Translations under genes and position numbers: made by a program
The notes under the pieces: generated by a model
The model's database searches: none
The model's input: only the letters and a program-made list of their open reading frames with translations
What the model was told of the DNA's origin: nothing
In this document: positions 52,160 through 64,000 of the stretch, one piece after another
Position numbering within the stretch: the first letter of the stretch is position 1
Layout: every line of letters begins with the position of its first letter
Assembly (NCBI GenBank): GCA_021613535.1
Contig: CP075493.1
Location: 16,430,001 to 16,494,000, forward strand
Source of the DNA: Adineta vaga
Taxonomy: Eukaryota > Animalia > Rotifera
Direction of reading: 5' to 3'
Length of the DNA stretch: 64,000 nucleotides

Positions 52160-53025
52160 GGTTGTAGTATTCCTATAACTTATTTTGAATTTCATCTGCT
52201 TGATAAACGCCCAAAAAGCTAACATCAGTTCATGGTTGAAAAAGATTGTGCTCATCAACTTGTTCAATTTATTTCTGATCTTCTTATATAAAAAAACTAA
52301 CACTGAACAATAAAATAAGCTGGTAAAGGTGTGACTATGAGGCTGGCTAGGAGACCGGCGAGATTGTGATGATGACCAAGATGAGAAAGGAATAAAAACT
52401 CACATCCACTCATACTATCACTCCATCCTGAACGATGTTAGTATAGTTGTTGTGTGGTAATCTTTCGTTACGTTTGGCGCTATTGTAAAAACCATCTCAC
52501 TCTACCATAATTCTTTTTCGGATCTCAAGTTTTTACTTCATACACATACGTTTGTCTACCGCCAATCAATCGACATCTTCAACACATTCGTTTTCACTAT
52601 TTAGTATCCATTTGAATGTGAAGTATCTTCGATGACAAATAAACTATTCTGTAGTTCTACACAAGATCTGCCTTTTTTGAAGCGTCACAAACTAGTCGCA
52701 CACAGTTTTATCTATATATAGAACGATCAGGCACAGCTATATGATAATTTGCTGTATCTAAATAGTACAGCTTTTCATAATGTATCTTGCGATATATTTT
52801 CCTTTTTTTCACAAAAATGTATCGGCAAATGCAAGAGCGAAATGTAAAATTCTGTCATAGACTATATTCTACTCGAGTGTATACAAAACAGTGTTTATAA
52901 TTTTGATAGTATTCGTCATTATATTTCATACAGTCGACAATAAGTTCTTCTTCCTACATACCTGTAATGAATCAGTTAGAGAATAAATTCACGAGCACAA
53001 AACGAAAGCTTATGTAGCGTTGTTC

Positions 53026-53155
53026 GAGAGTGTGGGGTGGGTGCGTGTTGGTGCGGATGTGGAGTGGGTAAGTATCTTGAGAATGTGGGTGTGGGGTGGG
53101 TGAGTATCTTTTCGCTCTGGAAACTCACAACCACACCCACACCCACCCTGAAGAT
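53026..53155. repeat. Compound inverted telomere-like element
   Basis: Degenerate G tract, then ATCTTGAGAATGTGGGTGTGGGGTGGGTGAG-spacer-CTCACAACCACACCCACACCCACCCTGAAGAT. Confidence 0.85.
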
Positions 53156-53377
53156 ATCGACGTAGAAAGGGTGGAAAACAAAATGCATAGTTTAAGTTGG
53201 TAAAACTCTTTGTTTTCTTTTCAGCTGATAATAATATTATTCATCTTGAAAGGGTTTCTTCTCTGCTTCTAAAAGATAAGAACAAACCTTCATATACACG
53301 TCCGAGATAATGTTACACTACAGAAAGAAACTAAAAAAAGTATTGATACCCTCTTTCTGCTTCGCAATAACAAACAG

Positions 53378-54086
53378 TAGAGCCCGTCGGTTCCAAGTAT
53401 TTTATACTCAGACCCAGACCCGGACCCGCACTTTGATTACGCTCAAGTTTAGAGTACGTGTTCTATGAAAATGTTGTGTTCGTTCTGTTAATACCTAGTC
53501 CTATTCTGTAATTGCATCTATCGATGACTAGCGCATTCTATATATATAAGAACTTTTCATAGTCACTTTTACTGATAAACTATAATTGGTTCCTCTCTTT
53601 ATCCAATAGTTTCAGATGAATAAAAGGAATACAACAATTTCGTATATGTTCGAATAAAAAGAATTTGTATATTTTTCTTTGTTAAACACTTGTTTTTGTG
53701 AACAACACATTTCGTATTTTTACTTAATCTTCTTCTAAAATATTCGTCCAAATATATCATGAACCAATTGTTAAATAAGAATGAAATTACTCGACTTATA
53801 AAACAAAATGATAAATCAGTTGCATTTCGAAAACGAAAAAAAATTGATAATGATTTTGATTATTCTTCAGACGATATGGACGATATTGTCGATCTTAATG
53901 TAGATAAAGAAGTTTTACTTGATTTATAATTTATTTACAGTTTGGTTTTGCTTTTGGCTTTCAATAAATAAATTAAAGATACTTTGAAATGAATGAAAAA
54001 TGAAAATTCAAAATAATTTCTTATGTATAAAATTTTCATTGGGCCCGGACCCAATAAATCCGACTTTTTAGACCCGACGGGCTCTA
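53378..54086. mobile_element. hAT-type MITE with 8-bp TSD
   Basis: TIRs TAGAGCCCGTCGG / CCGACGGGCTCTA; perfect TSD ACAAACAG at 53370-53377 and 54087-54094. Confidence 0.9.
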
Positions 54087-54202
54087 ACAAACAGTGTCCT
54101 TGTTTACCTATGAAACTTGCAGAAAACATTCACACTTTCATAGTTCTTGTCACAACATTCGATTGAGAATAAATGAGTTAGTGATGTCAAGAACTCGGAT
54201 TG

Positions 54203-54293
54203 TGAGGGTGTGGCAGTCATGGTCCTCCTACATCCACACGCACACACACACCCACCCACGCTAACATCCAGACCCACCCACACTCACCCTGAA
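54203..54293. repeat. Inverted telomere-like mini-element
   Basis: TGAGGGTGTGG-spacer-CATCCACACGCACACACACACCCACCCAC...CTCACCCTGAA. Confidence 0.75.
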
Positions 54294-54316
54294 ACACGGC
54301 GTGTTACCGCAGCTGG

Positions 54317-54365
54317 CGTAGGGATGTACCGAGACCGAGAATCTCGGTCTCGGTACATCCCTACG
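54317..54365. repeat. Perfect 49-bp palindrome (24-bp arms, 1-nt loop) with hAT-like TAGGGATG ends
   Basis: CGTAGGGATGTACCGAGACCGAGA-A-TCTCGGTCTCGGTACATCCCTACG. Confidence 0.9.
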
Positions 54366-54478
54366 TTAGATACATGCTCAATGTCATCGATTTCTCTTTT
54401 ATTCAGTTAAGTTTGATAATCATTTGAATTGTAATTATTAGATTTATAAAAGATTGTCAAAGAGGAATAACAACATTA

Positions 54479-54830
54479 ATGATTTCTGTATTTCAATCTG
54501 TTCTTGATAAATTGAAGAACAAACTCAATCCATATTTATATAATGAACAATTATTAACTTAATCTTTTTATAGATATTATTGAACAAAAATTATATGTAG
54601 AACGTGCAATTTTTGGACTTGATAAAACTTCAGTCGAATATGTTGTTTATTTATTTTTTTAATTTTGGTTTAATTGGCATTTTTATAAGTTATATGATTA
54701 TGAGATGAGAAATGTTTTCCTTTGTGATTTCATTGGTATTCTTTATCCAACATTTGCATCCTAGGTTAAGAAAATTTTATGGTTTCATCTATTTTTTTTT
54801 TTCTTAAAGAATTTTAGTTCTTAAAATTGA
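54479..54830 (+). pseudogene. REEP/DP1/Yop1 (TB2/HVA22)-like 5' fragment, truncated
   Basis: MISVFQSVLDKLKNKL...IEQKLYVER...LCDFIGILYPTFAS resembles the REEP5 LCNxIGFxYPAYxS motif; the next exon stops after a few codons. Confidence 0.55.
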
Positions 54831-54874
54831 CGGTGTGGGTGTGAGGATGATGATATTACCAATTCCCACCCTCT
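54826..54874. repeat. Inverted telomere-like mini-element at the REEP truncation point
   Basis: TTGACGGTGTGGGTGTGAGGATGATG...ATTCCCACCCTC. Confidence 0.7.
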
Positions 54875-55027
54875 TCTCCGTTCTGTTCGTGTACTTTTAT
54901 GAGGAAGAAAAGGTAAGAAGAAAAATAGTGCAGAACGACATGCACATTTCTTTTTAATGGTTGTTCAACTAATTGAAATTACTCACAAAAAGTGTGTTTT
55001 ATGGTCTCAGTTTCAAATGCAAAAGAA

Positions 55028-56220
55028 ATGAAGCTAGAGTTATTTGAATATTTATCTACATGTGATCTTTTTCATGAATTTTATAATCTCAACTAGCGAT
55101 TTAATAATTTACTCACATGGCAATTTAAAAATTTCGTCTTGATCTTCAATGATTATCCAAAACCGCATGTACTGATATTTGTCAAAATATTGTACCGTTA
55201 ATTATCGATCAAATAATTTCTATTCGTCTTTTAAATGATGACAATACACCATATGAAATCGAATTCTTTCTTTCTCAAAATGATCAACTTCGACAATTCA
55301 CTCATTTACAATCAATTAAATTAATAAATATTCTTAACCAAATAATGATTGAATGTACTTATCTTCCTGATCTCACGCATTTATCGATTCACATTGTTTC
55401 TATACCATTTTGTGAAAATGATGCAGATCATCTTTACAATCAAATATGGAGTTTAAAAAGTTTGAGTCACTGTTTTATTAATAGAGACAGGGGATATGAA
55501 ATTTATTTCCCTAGAAGTTAAAGTTTATTTTGACATCACTGAAAAACTTCACCGATCATTGGCATATACTTTCATTCACTACACCAAAATATTTATTTCA
55601 AAATACACCGAACCTTGAATATCTCTCAATCAAATTCGAGGATCGGTCTGATCCATTAGGAATTATAATTCCTATGTCATCACTTACTCGAGCAAAAATT
55701 ATTTTTCACTAGAGTTATGTTGATACTCTCGAACATTTCTTACAATATATGCCTAATTTATCTCATTTGATATTAGATTTATATGACATTTATGTAGATG
55801 GGTATGAATGGGAAGAAATAATCCGTAAATATTTATTGAAATTAGAAGTATTTCAATTTAAAGCGAGTTTTACACTCTGGAATGGAAGCAGAATCAAGGA
55901 GCAATTTGATGAAATAATTGATACATATCGAACAGAATTTTGGACTTAGGAACGGCAATGCTTTGTTCGATGTGAGTTAAATAATTCAAATGATACTCAA
56001 ATAGCGTGTCACGATCTTTTCACTCTACCATATAATTTTTATGATTATTTTTATCGTCATTACCATTTTTCGTCAGCATTAACATACCCATATAATGAAG
56101 ATTGTTTAGTATATGATCGTGTCAGTGCTTTATCATACGAATATAGTTTTCCACCATGTAATATCCGTTTTCCTAATATCAAACATCTTTCATTATCTTT
56201 TCCTCTCAATGATCGATTTG
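55028..56220 (+). pseudogene. F-box/LRR pseudogene, 3'-truncated
   Basis: LFEYLSTCDLFHEFYNLN; MPNLSHLILD...VDGYEWEEII...FW; LFTLPY; RFPNIKHLSLSFPLNDRF then abrupt end; several stops. Confidence 0.75.
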
Positions 56221-56295
56221 ACGGTGTAGGTGTTAGAGACTGAGTGTTGGTTTCAGTGCGGGCGTAGTTGACGATGAAGTGAACACCCACATCCA
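56218..56295. repeat. Degenerate inverted telomere-like element at the F-box truncation point
   Basis: TTGACGGTGTAGGTGT...GAACACCCACATCC. Confidence 0.6.
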
Positions 56296-56635
56296 TTTCT
56301 TTTCATTAACTACAATATCAATTAATACTTATTTAATTAAAATCAAGAAGTTAAAATATTCTTTCCTTCTCAATTTTTATTTATCAAATTATTTTATAAT
56401 TAAATAATCTTAAACTAAATTGAAATTTGCCTACATCTCAATTCTGCCTGGCACATATGTCTAACTGATTTTAATTCACATTATAATTTATTTAGAAGAT
56501 TATTTTTAATCAAAAAACAAATTATCGTTTATTTAGATGATTTCAATCGATTATAATTATGATTTTGGTTGAGAAAAATCTCACTAAACTTTACAATAAT
56601 CTGACATAATCTAAAAGCTTTTTACTAGGTAAGCG

Positions 56636-57557
56636 TCAGTCATTTTCATTGCCTTGTATTGCAAATCTTTGTACTCGAGCATTTCTCCGGTCACTCACGT
56701 ACAAATTATTCTTTCGATCAAATAGCAAACCAACGGGATGAGAGAGTTGATTCGATTGACTTCCTTGACCATTTCCACCAATAATCACGGTTCCTTTTTT
56801 ATCTCCTTCAAGCCAACACATTATTCGATGATTCCATTGATCAGCCACATAAACGAAACCTGATTTATCGACGACAATTCCTTGAGGATGTGATAGTTGT
56901 GTGAGACTATTTTCGGGACCTTCACTACAACAGACAATAATACCTTTTTTCGCACCTTCCATCCATTTCATTACACGACGATTAGCTCCATCTGATACAT
57001 AAACTGAATGATCTTGATCGACGAATATGCATGTCGGATAACAGAGCTGATCGAGACCATTTCCTCGGCCATTTCCACCTGCCACAACTGTTCCTACATT
57101 TTCTCCCATTCGATATCGTTTCACTTCATGTTTCTCGTCATCAACGATATAAAGAGATCTATCATTATCCATTGTCAGTTTTACACATCCCACATTTGAA
57201 ATGATGACTTCTCCTTCTACATTGCCATGAAGACACCATCGTACTACTCTTCTATTTCCATAATCACAAATGATGACACTATCACTTTCCTTATCAAAAG
57301 CTACATCTGTGGGACGGTTCAATTGATCAGGCAGCTCTCCTTGTCCATTTCCACCGGCCATAACTCGACCAGTCACCTCACCGTATTTCCATTCCGTAAT
57401 ATGATGATTCCGAGCATCAGCAATATAGACACTCTGATTATCATGATTAATACACAAACCAAGGGGTTCGTAAAGCTGATTTCTTTCCATGCCTTGCCCA
57501 TTTCCGCCAGCTACTGTAATCCCATTTTGTTGTATTCGAAGTTCCTGGAAATTTTGC
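56636..57557 (-). CDS. NHL-repeat beta-propeller protein, last exon (upstream exons not found; possible frameshift near 57490)
   Basis: Repeated VVAGGNGxG...QLxxPxxxxVD...YVxDxxNxRV motifs. Confidence 0.75.
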
Positions 57558-58873
57558 TAAAACAAAATAGAAATATGCTCATTAGCATTATATCAACATT
57601 CGTCATAAAAAACACAATACATTAAAAATGTCAGTTTCGTTGATTTGAGACTTCTAATGTTGTAAAAATATTACTACGTATTTTTTGTAAACAGTGCACT
57701 TTACGGTACAACGAGCTTTTCTCAACGGAAAAACCAACCTGAATGTTATCGAAATATTGACCATAAATCGAAAAATACAAAAAATATGCACGTGTCGATA
57801 TACTTTTTTGGGTGCCTGTATGTTGTCCGAAACCTCGCTGCTGAAGGATGGGCTGACGATGCGACACCGAATCACTTAGGAATGCGCACAGATAGCAGAC
57901 AAAGTGTGAACCGATTTTTCGAACTATGACTATACATATATTGTGTACCCCAACTTTTCACGTTATTAATACAGATCATCCAAACATCACCTTGGAACCA
58001 TTTTTCTGAAAACTCCGTTTCTATTGGTTGGACATACATACAAACAAACATTTTATGTTTGGAGAACCCTTTCTTTCAGAAAAGGGAACAATATCTCATG
58101 ACTACTCATCACCGAAACAACTCCTCACATCCCCTTTTCCCAAATAGATCTCTGTTTGACAGAAGAAAAACGATCTTTCGGAATACTTTGAGGATCACGT
58201 GTTTCCGATTAAGTAAAGCCATATTCACTCGTTTTCACTCAACTATCATCTCCAGAGCAATCAGAATTTTATTCCTTAATATTGAGTTTAAGTTTTACTA
58301 TTGAAAATTTGGAAGCATCTAAGACTCAGCTAAAATAATTGTGTTGTTTGATCTATTTCAGAGAAATTCTCAATCTGTTTTGACAACACAATCTTTTCTA
58401 AAAAGTAATAGAGAACTAATCAGTCGGAATGGGAACAAGGTTAGCTTTTCACTTTAATGCCTCGAATAACACTATGATAAGTTTATCACAGAATCAAGAA
58501 AAACTTGAAGATATTTGCTTAAAGATCATTTAAAGTTTATCTATCGTAATAAATGCTTCGTTAATATTTATCGTTAATAAATAAAACGATAGATGTCGTT
58601 CTCTTCGTAGGATAACTTCAATACATTTAACTATTTGTAGATGAAAATTTCTTACTCGTATAAATCGATGTAATTTTGTTTTTGCTTGTTCACCTGTTGT
58701 GTAAATAAAAGACGAAGCAAAATCAAATGACGCTTGCATGTGTGCCTCTTGTGAATATAAATAAAAATGAAAAGGACTTATTCGGCTGACACAGCATAAA
58801 TACTGAATGCGTTGCTGCCTTTTTCAAAAATAAAACTCTTTAACAACTGACTCGTTGAAATGGGAATTTTCAT

Positions 58874-59004
58874 TTGACGGTGGTGATGATGAAATACAGA
58901 ATTATTCCAATGATTATTTGAGGGAGTGAGTTTCAGAAATTATTCCCAGTTACTTATGGCGGGTGCGGGTTTGGACATCAGATGGATACGTGATTCACAC
59001 CTGT
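58874..59004. repeat. Degenerate compound telomere-like element
   Basis: TTGACGGTGGTG, TTGAGGGAGTGAG and GGGTGCGGGT tracts ending in TCACACC. Confidence 0.5.
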
Positions 59005-59633
59005 CAGAGCTCGGACGAGTACAAGTATTGCAAGTAAAAGTAAAATACTTGTACTTAAAGAACATGGACTCGTACTTTGTACTTGAGAAATAAATAAAAT
59101 ATACAATGAGAATAGGAACTTTTAATAAAAAGCTTTATTAAAACATCTTATACGGTTTACTTTAAAAGATCTTGATAGAATTTCCTTTTCTGTCCACGAA
59201 TGTGTGTCCTCATTAGGTCTGTCTTATATTGTTTTGTTTTGTTTTTGGGAAGGTTTTAAATTTTTTTTTAATGTTTTACTTTATAACGCTTTCTGTGTTC
59301 AACTTTTTCATCGAAAAACACCAATACAATGAAAAAAACAACATTAAATCAATTAAAACTGAGACTTGGAGAAAATAAAGAAAGATAGTATAAGAGTTTG
59401 CTTTGAATTTTGATGAAAACAATGTATGGACATGTGGTTAAATAATCATCAAGAAGTGAATCTTAAGATGTTCATTTGTACGTTTACAAATCCGCTGTTG
59501 ACATTTAGATAAAGCAAAAACCACGTCTATTAAGTAAACAAAGTTATTGCTTTCTACCATCTCAAGTACAAAGTACACAAGTACGAGTAAATCTAATGAA
59601 TACTTGTACTTTATTACTTACGTCTTAGCTCTG
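59005..59633. mobile_element. MITE with CAGAGCT...AGCTCTG TIRs and AGTAC-rich subterminal repeats
   Basis: Left CAGAGCTCGGACGAGTAC; right TACGTCTTAGCTCTG; no clear TSD. Confidence 0.7.
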
Positions 59634-60200
59634 TTTGTTCGGATTGTTATTTTGGTACTCAATGTCAGTTTTATGCAAAAGTTTTTGGTTTAACATTGGA
59701 TGATATTTTACGTTATGAAATTCGTCTAAAATTTCTATTTGGTTTTATTAATGGAATTTATTCTTTTATGACTTTTCAAAGAGATAATTCAAGAAAAGTC
59801 GGTAGTGGTTCATATCTTTTCGCATTATCAATAACTTCTATTTCTACAACAATTATTTTTACAATTAAATTTTGGTTTTTAATATTATCTTAAATAAATA
59901 TTATTACTAACCGTATCATTCTTCTTATTGGTTGTATATCAAGTGAACCGCTATTGAAAATTTTTTTTTCGATTGCACTTGGTTTAATGCATGTTTAGAA
60001 ATTGATCCAGCTATTTCAGTATAGGAAGGAGTGAAATTTCAGAAATAAATGAGTAAAAAAATTGCAAAACGAATGATAATTCTTTTACTATTATTGATTA
60101 TTGGTACATTTATTCATGAACCTATTCATCGAGATTTGTTTTATGATGAAGAAGAACAACGTACATGGTGTGTTACATATTATAATAGATTTTTACAAAA
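59634..60200 (+). pseudogene. EGF-GPCR fragment, paralog of 5474-9799
   Basis: CSDCYFGTQCQFYAK...LTLDDILRYEI...KVGSGSYL...HEPIHRDLFYDEEEQRTWCV; stops and deletions. Confidence 0.75.
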
Positions 60201-60204
60201 ATTA

Positions 60205-61260
60205 ACGTAAAATCACAATTAATCGTACCTAGCGACAAAATCGAGTATAAGATTCGATTCTGTGATGATTTTCGTATTAAAATCATATAAGATAGTCATC
60301 GTACGAAAAACAATGATTAATCACGATTTATCAGAATCCTTTATGACAAATAAAAGTGATTTTATTAATTATTATAAATAAATAAAATTATTTTCAATAA
60401 ATATATTTAATCTTTCATATAAATTATCCGAAACATATGCTCTCTTAGTTGTCAAAGAACATAAATATACATTCATCTTTTTAATGTCGGTACTATAGTT
60501 TTTGATCTAATTGGACAACCAATATATAAAGACAAGTTCGTTGATTGTTTATATTAATTATAATTATATCGAAACGACTCGTACAAACGAATGTAAATTT
60601 TTCCTATAAAACTAAATGATAAAAAATGATAAAAAAAAAGACCTTTGCATCGATATGATATTTGATACAAGCGGTACTCGTTTGATTTCAGAAAAATTCG
60701 TTATCTATCACTCTTTGAAAATGTTGCCGTGTATTTTCAGATGTTTAATTCCAAAATAACATATATCAATCGCAGCACTTTACAACAGCAAGAACGACAA
60801 AGAAGAATGACAGCATCCTTGAAGATATTAAACAAGATGAAGTCTGATGATTATTCTGATGTTAATCCAAGCATTGATACAGAAAATGGGTCGTCAAAAT
60901 CTTCCGACAATGAAATGACGTCAGTAGAAAATGATTTTATACATTTGTGAAATTGATTTGTCGTTTCTTGTTTGCTTTGTAGAGTTTGTGTTTAGAAACC
61001 TGATTATATATACTTACTTTTCTTGATTCTTTTTATGTATGATTTTGTGTTCAGTAGTAAGGTGTGCAAACAGTTGATTGTTTTAAATAGATGATAAAAC
61101 CAATATAGTACAGATAAATATACTTTGAAAAATTGGTGATTTAGCCGATAATATTGAAAAATCGTAAAAAATCACTGATTTATCGCGTACAAGCGCACGA
61201 TTATCGGTTCGAAAAAATCACGATTAATCGTCATTTTTCCTCTGATTTTCATGACATGGG
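60205..61260. mobile_element. Probable non-autonomous DNA transposon remnant related to the CCCA-TIR type
   Basis: AAAATCAC(A/G)ATTAATCGT subterminal repeats at both ends; right end GATTTTCATGACATGGG. Confidence 0.45.
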
Positions 61261-62466
61261 AAGACAGTCAGAGATTTAAAAGATGTGAATACTGTCAGTC
61301 ATAAAAGTTATTAAATAAACCAAAAAATCATCATTAGAAAACATATCTAATACATTTCTACGAACGTTTGAATGAATTTTCTCGTTATTTAGCTGACGTT
61401 TGTGCTAGAAAATGAACCTTTGGTAAGAGAATTAATTAATTACGAAAGTTAGGAAGATTTTACACGTACTTTCACAAACGTTTGACATGCGAAATGAACG
61501 TTTGTAATGTGAATATGAAAACGCAAAACGGCATCACTTTTTATTCATTACAAACATTAGGTAAATTTAATATGATGTTTACGAACTTTTGAGATGAAAA
61601 TTGAAAATTAGAGAAGGAAATCAGATTATCAAAAATACTAAGTTGATAAATTAATTGCAAGCGTTAGGTGCAATGAAATAGAACTTTACGAATGTTTTAA
61701 CATGTAAAATAAACTTTAGACAAGAAAATAAGAGTTCGACTTTTTCTCCTATTCATTGTGATCATTATCTATCAAACTTAATCATATAATTTAACTCTGA
61801 GATAAAAAAAGACTTATATCTTTTTCAAGCGAAAATAAATTTTGTTTACGGTAATAAAGTTAACGGCAGTAAATCACGTAATCCAAACTTAAGCCATCTG
61901 AAGAGTCCTTTAGCTAGAACGAAACTAGTCGTGTAGCTAAGAACACACCCTCACCTTTTTACGTGTAAATTTTGAGGCAAAAGAAGTTTTGGTTTCACGA
62001 TTATAAAGGTGAGATATCTTAAGTTAGGATTTAAGTATTTCTTGAATGGATTCGATTTAAAGCTCATTTCAACTGATTTCTAAGTAGAATTTGATGAGCT
62101 CTGTCGATTCCACATCTCACTCCTCTAATTCCAATGATTTATTAAGACGAAAATAGCTGATTAGTCACTTGTTCTCATGAAAAATAAAGTCTGTTATTTT
62201 CTTAAACCTGTGATGATTCGTTTGTCTATGTCACAGCAACAATACCTTCATTTAATTCGATTGAGACTGAGAAAAGATCAAACTCTGTCGAGATATCGTG
62301 ATAAAGAGATTCGGAAATCGAATCATACGATCAAATATTATAGATAAAAAATATGTTTTTCAATAAAGAGAGTTTCACTTTATTGACCAAATTAGAATAA
62401 GATTAAATAGTCAATTAAAAAAGTCATCCACAAGCGACTCAGTTCGCGAGTTTCTGATTTCTTTGT

Positions 62467-63982
62467 TCAATTGCCATTGGTGGTATTAATCAGTGTTTTG
62501 ACTTGATCAGCCTGAATAATTTGGACTCCAAGTTGTTTCAGACCGTCTAGTTTGCTTTTGATCGTATCCAGGGCGACGCCTCTAGTAGCGTCTTCAACAA
62601 TGAAAGTCTTATAATTCAAATTAAAAGCATCAAGAGCTGTTGCTGCAACACAATAATCCGTAGCTAATCCGGTAATAAAAACATGTGTAACATTGCGTTC
62701 TTTCAACTTATCATGTAGATCAGTTTTCTTAGCGCCATTGTTGTCCATAAATGCTGAGTAACTGTCAATATCTGCGTCGACACCTTTTTTAATAAAAATA
62801 GCTTTGTTAGTATCTGAAATAATATCAAGATTTTTGTGTAGTGCTGCGTCGTCTGTATCCTCAACACAATGTTCGGGCCATAGAACTTGCTCTGTTTCGA
62901 CTTTCGGACCGGTATATATTACTTCATCAAACATTTCTATCCGCCGATTTTGATCACCTTTCAAAAATTTTCTGCGTAACTCAAGATCCTCGAAAAACGA
63001 GATATGACTCTTTGGATGCCAATCCTGGGTATAGACAATAACGTCAAATGGAATTGTGTGAATTAGATTATTGATAACAGGAATAACGTCAGCTCCATTG
63101 TGACCAGCAGGACTTTTGGATAATGAGAGTTTCCCATTGATAAAACCGTTTTGAACATCCACAACAATCAATGCATAGACAGGACGAGATGATTTAGCAG
63201 CTAGAATAGTGAAAAAAAAACTAAATCTTTCTTTTTCCTCGGTTCGTACCTGCCGATGCACGTAGTACCGTCGAAGCGAAACTTTTTTTCGCTTTCGCAA
63301 GATTAGCAAAGTAAAATTGGTGTCGTTGCACTACGTCCAAGAAACTTGTACTTCTTCGAAAGGCCTAGAAATTTGGTAAACAGTCATCAAAGATTGAAAA
63401 CACAAACCGATACTCGACGTTACACATCAACAATAGGATCAATCGATTTAACCAACACGTTTTACAGGACTATTTCGTGTTATTATGAGTCTACTGTGCA
63501 CGCCTATATTAGAGTCCTGCAAACCGCTCGGATACCATACACTCGAACGGGACCGGACCCGATCCCCACTGAAATTCGTGGGTGAGGGTGTGGGTACCGG
63601 GTATACCATCATCAATCACTAGCGAACGTGTATTCAGCTACCTAGTCGTTTTGTGACAACATAAATCTAATAACTAAATTGCTTATTTTTAACTCCTTAA
63701 CTGTGAAATTTTCCCGAAAGAACTTGTTAGATATTGAAAGATCTTTGAAAATAACGTCAAAATTTTGTAAACAAATATGTTTTGTTACTTTATTTAGAGG
63801 ATAGAAGTTGTGTTCATGAAGAAAGCACAAAAAACTTGACCTTTCAACAGTGTTTTTGAAGCAGTCACAACTAGTATCCGAGAATTCATTGGACAAGAGG
63901 AATCACCATATATATATATACGAATAGTTGTAAAAGTGACACAATCGATGAGAAACATCAGAAACGATATAATGAGCTTCAT
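62467..63982 (-). CDS. pnc-1: Nicotinamidase/pyrazinamidase (isochorismatase family) with an N-terminal signal-peptide exon; exons approx. 63982-63922 and 63200-62467
   Basis: VVDVQNGF, TQDWHP, WPEHCV, KKG...DSYSAF, GLATDYCV motifs; a phase-1 GT-AG intron joins MKLIISFLMFLIDCVTFTTI to PAKSSRPVYALIVVD in frame. Confidence 0.85.
63578..63620. repeat. Telomere-like G tract with weak C arm, inside the nicotinamidase intron
   Basis: GTGGGTGAGGGTGTGGGTACCGGG. Confidence 0.55.
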
Positions 63983-64000
63983 TTAGTGCAGAACGTTAAA

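Noticed and set aside
858-63620. CRISPR-like or REP-like reading of the repeat-spacer-repeat elements
   Set aside because: Repeats are inverted, dispersed singly and variable in length; the context is an intron-containing eukaryote with no cas genes or REP-associated transposase.
51047-63982. ART plus nicotinamidase as a linked NAD-centred system
   Set aside because: They are 10 kb apart, separated by unrelated pseudogenes and MITEs; nothing suggests co-regulation.
1-64000. Autonomous reverse transcriptase, TERT, Athena or transposase gene
   Set aside because: No ORF with RT or DDE motifs is visible, so any enzyme making the elements must be encoded elsewhere.

Overview
This is AT-rich eukaryotic DNA with short GT-AG introns. 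The gene families (NHL-repeat, TPR, F-box/LRR, LDLa-EGF-GPCR, PKD1-like, ADP-ribosyltransferase, several bacterial/fungal-type genes) and the TGTGGG repeat point to a bdelloid rotifer; this is an inference, and no taxonomic search was run. The window mixes a few intact genes (GTPase-Hsp20 fusion, two F-box/LRR genes, FUSC/ArAE transporter, ABM monooxygenase, ~9.7-kb NHL-REJ-PLAT-polycystin gene, ART, signal-peptide nicotinamidase) with many truncated pseudogenes and MITEs. The dominant unexplained signal is roughly 20-25 short (40-230 bp) elements. Each is a G-rich telomere-like tract (GGGTGT)n, a mostly unique spacer, then a C-rich tract (ACACCC)n, which is the geometry of a head-to-head telomere fusion. 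Many carry a shared outer motif (AATCACCA)TCTTGA. I found no target-site duplications. At least six sit where a gene is cut off, and one near-identical pair brackets an intact F-box gene. My best hypothesis is a telomerase-assisted double-strand-break repair/rearrangement scar system. All coordinates and translations were read by eye, so boundaries may be off by a few bases.
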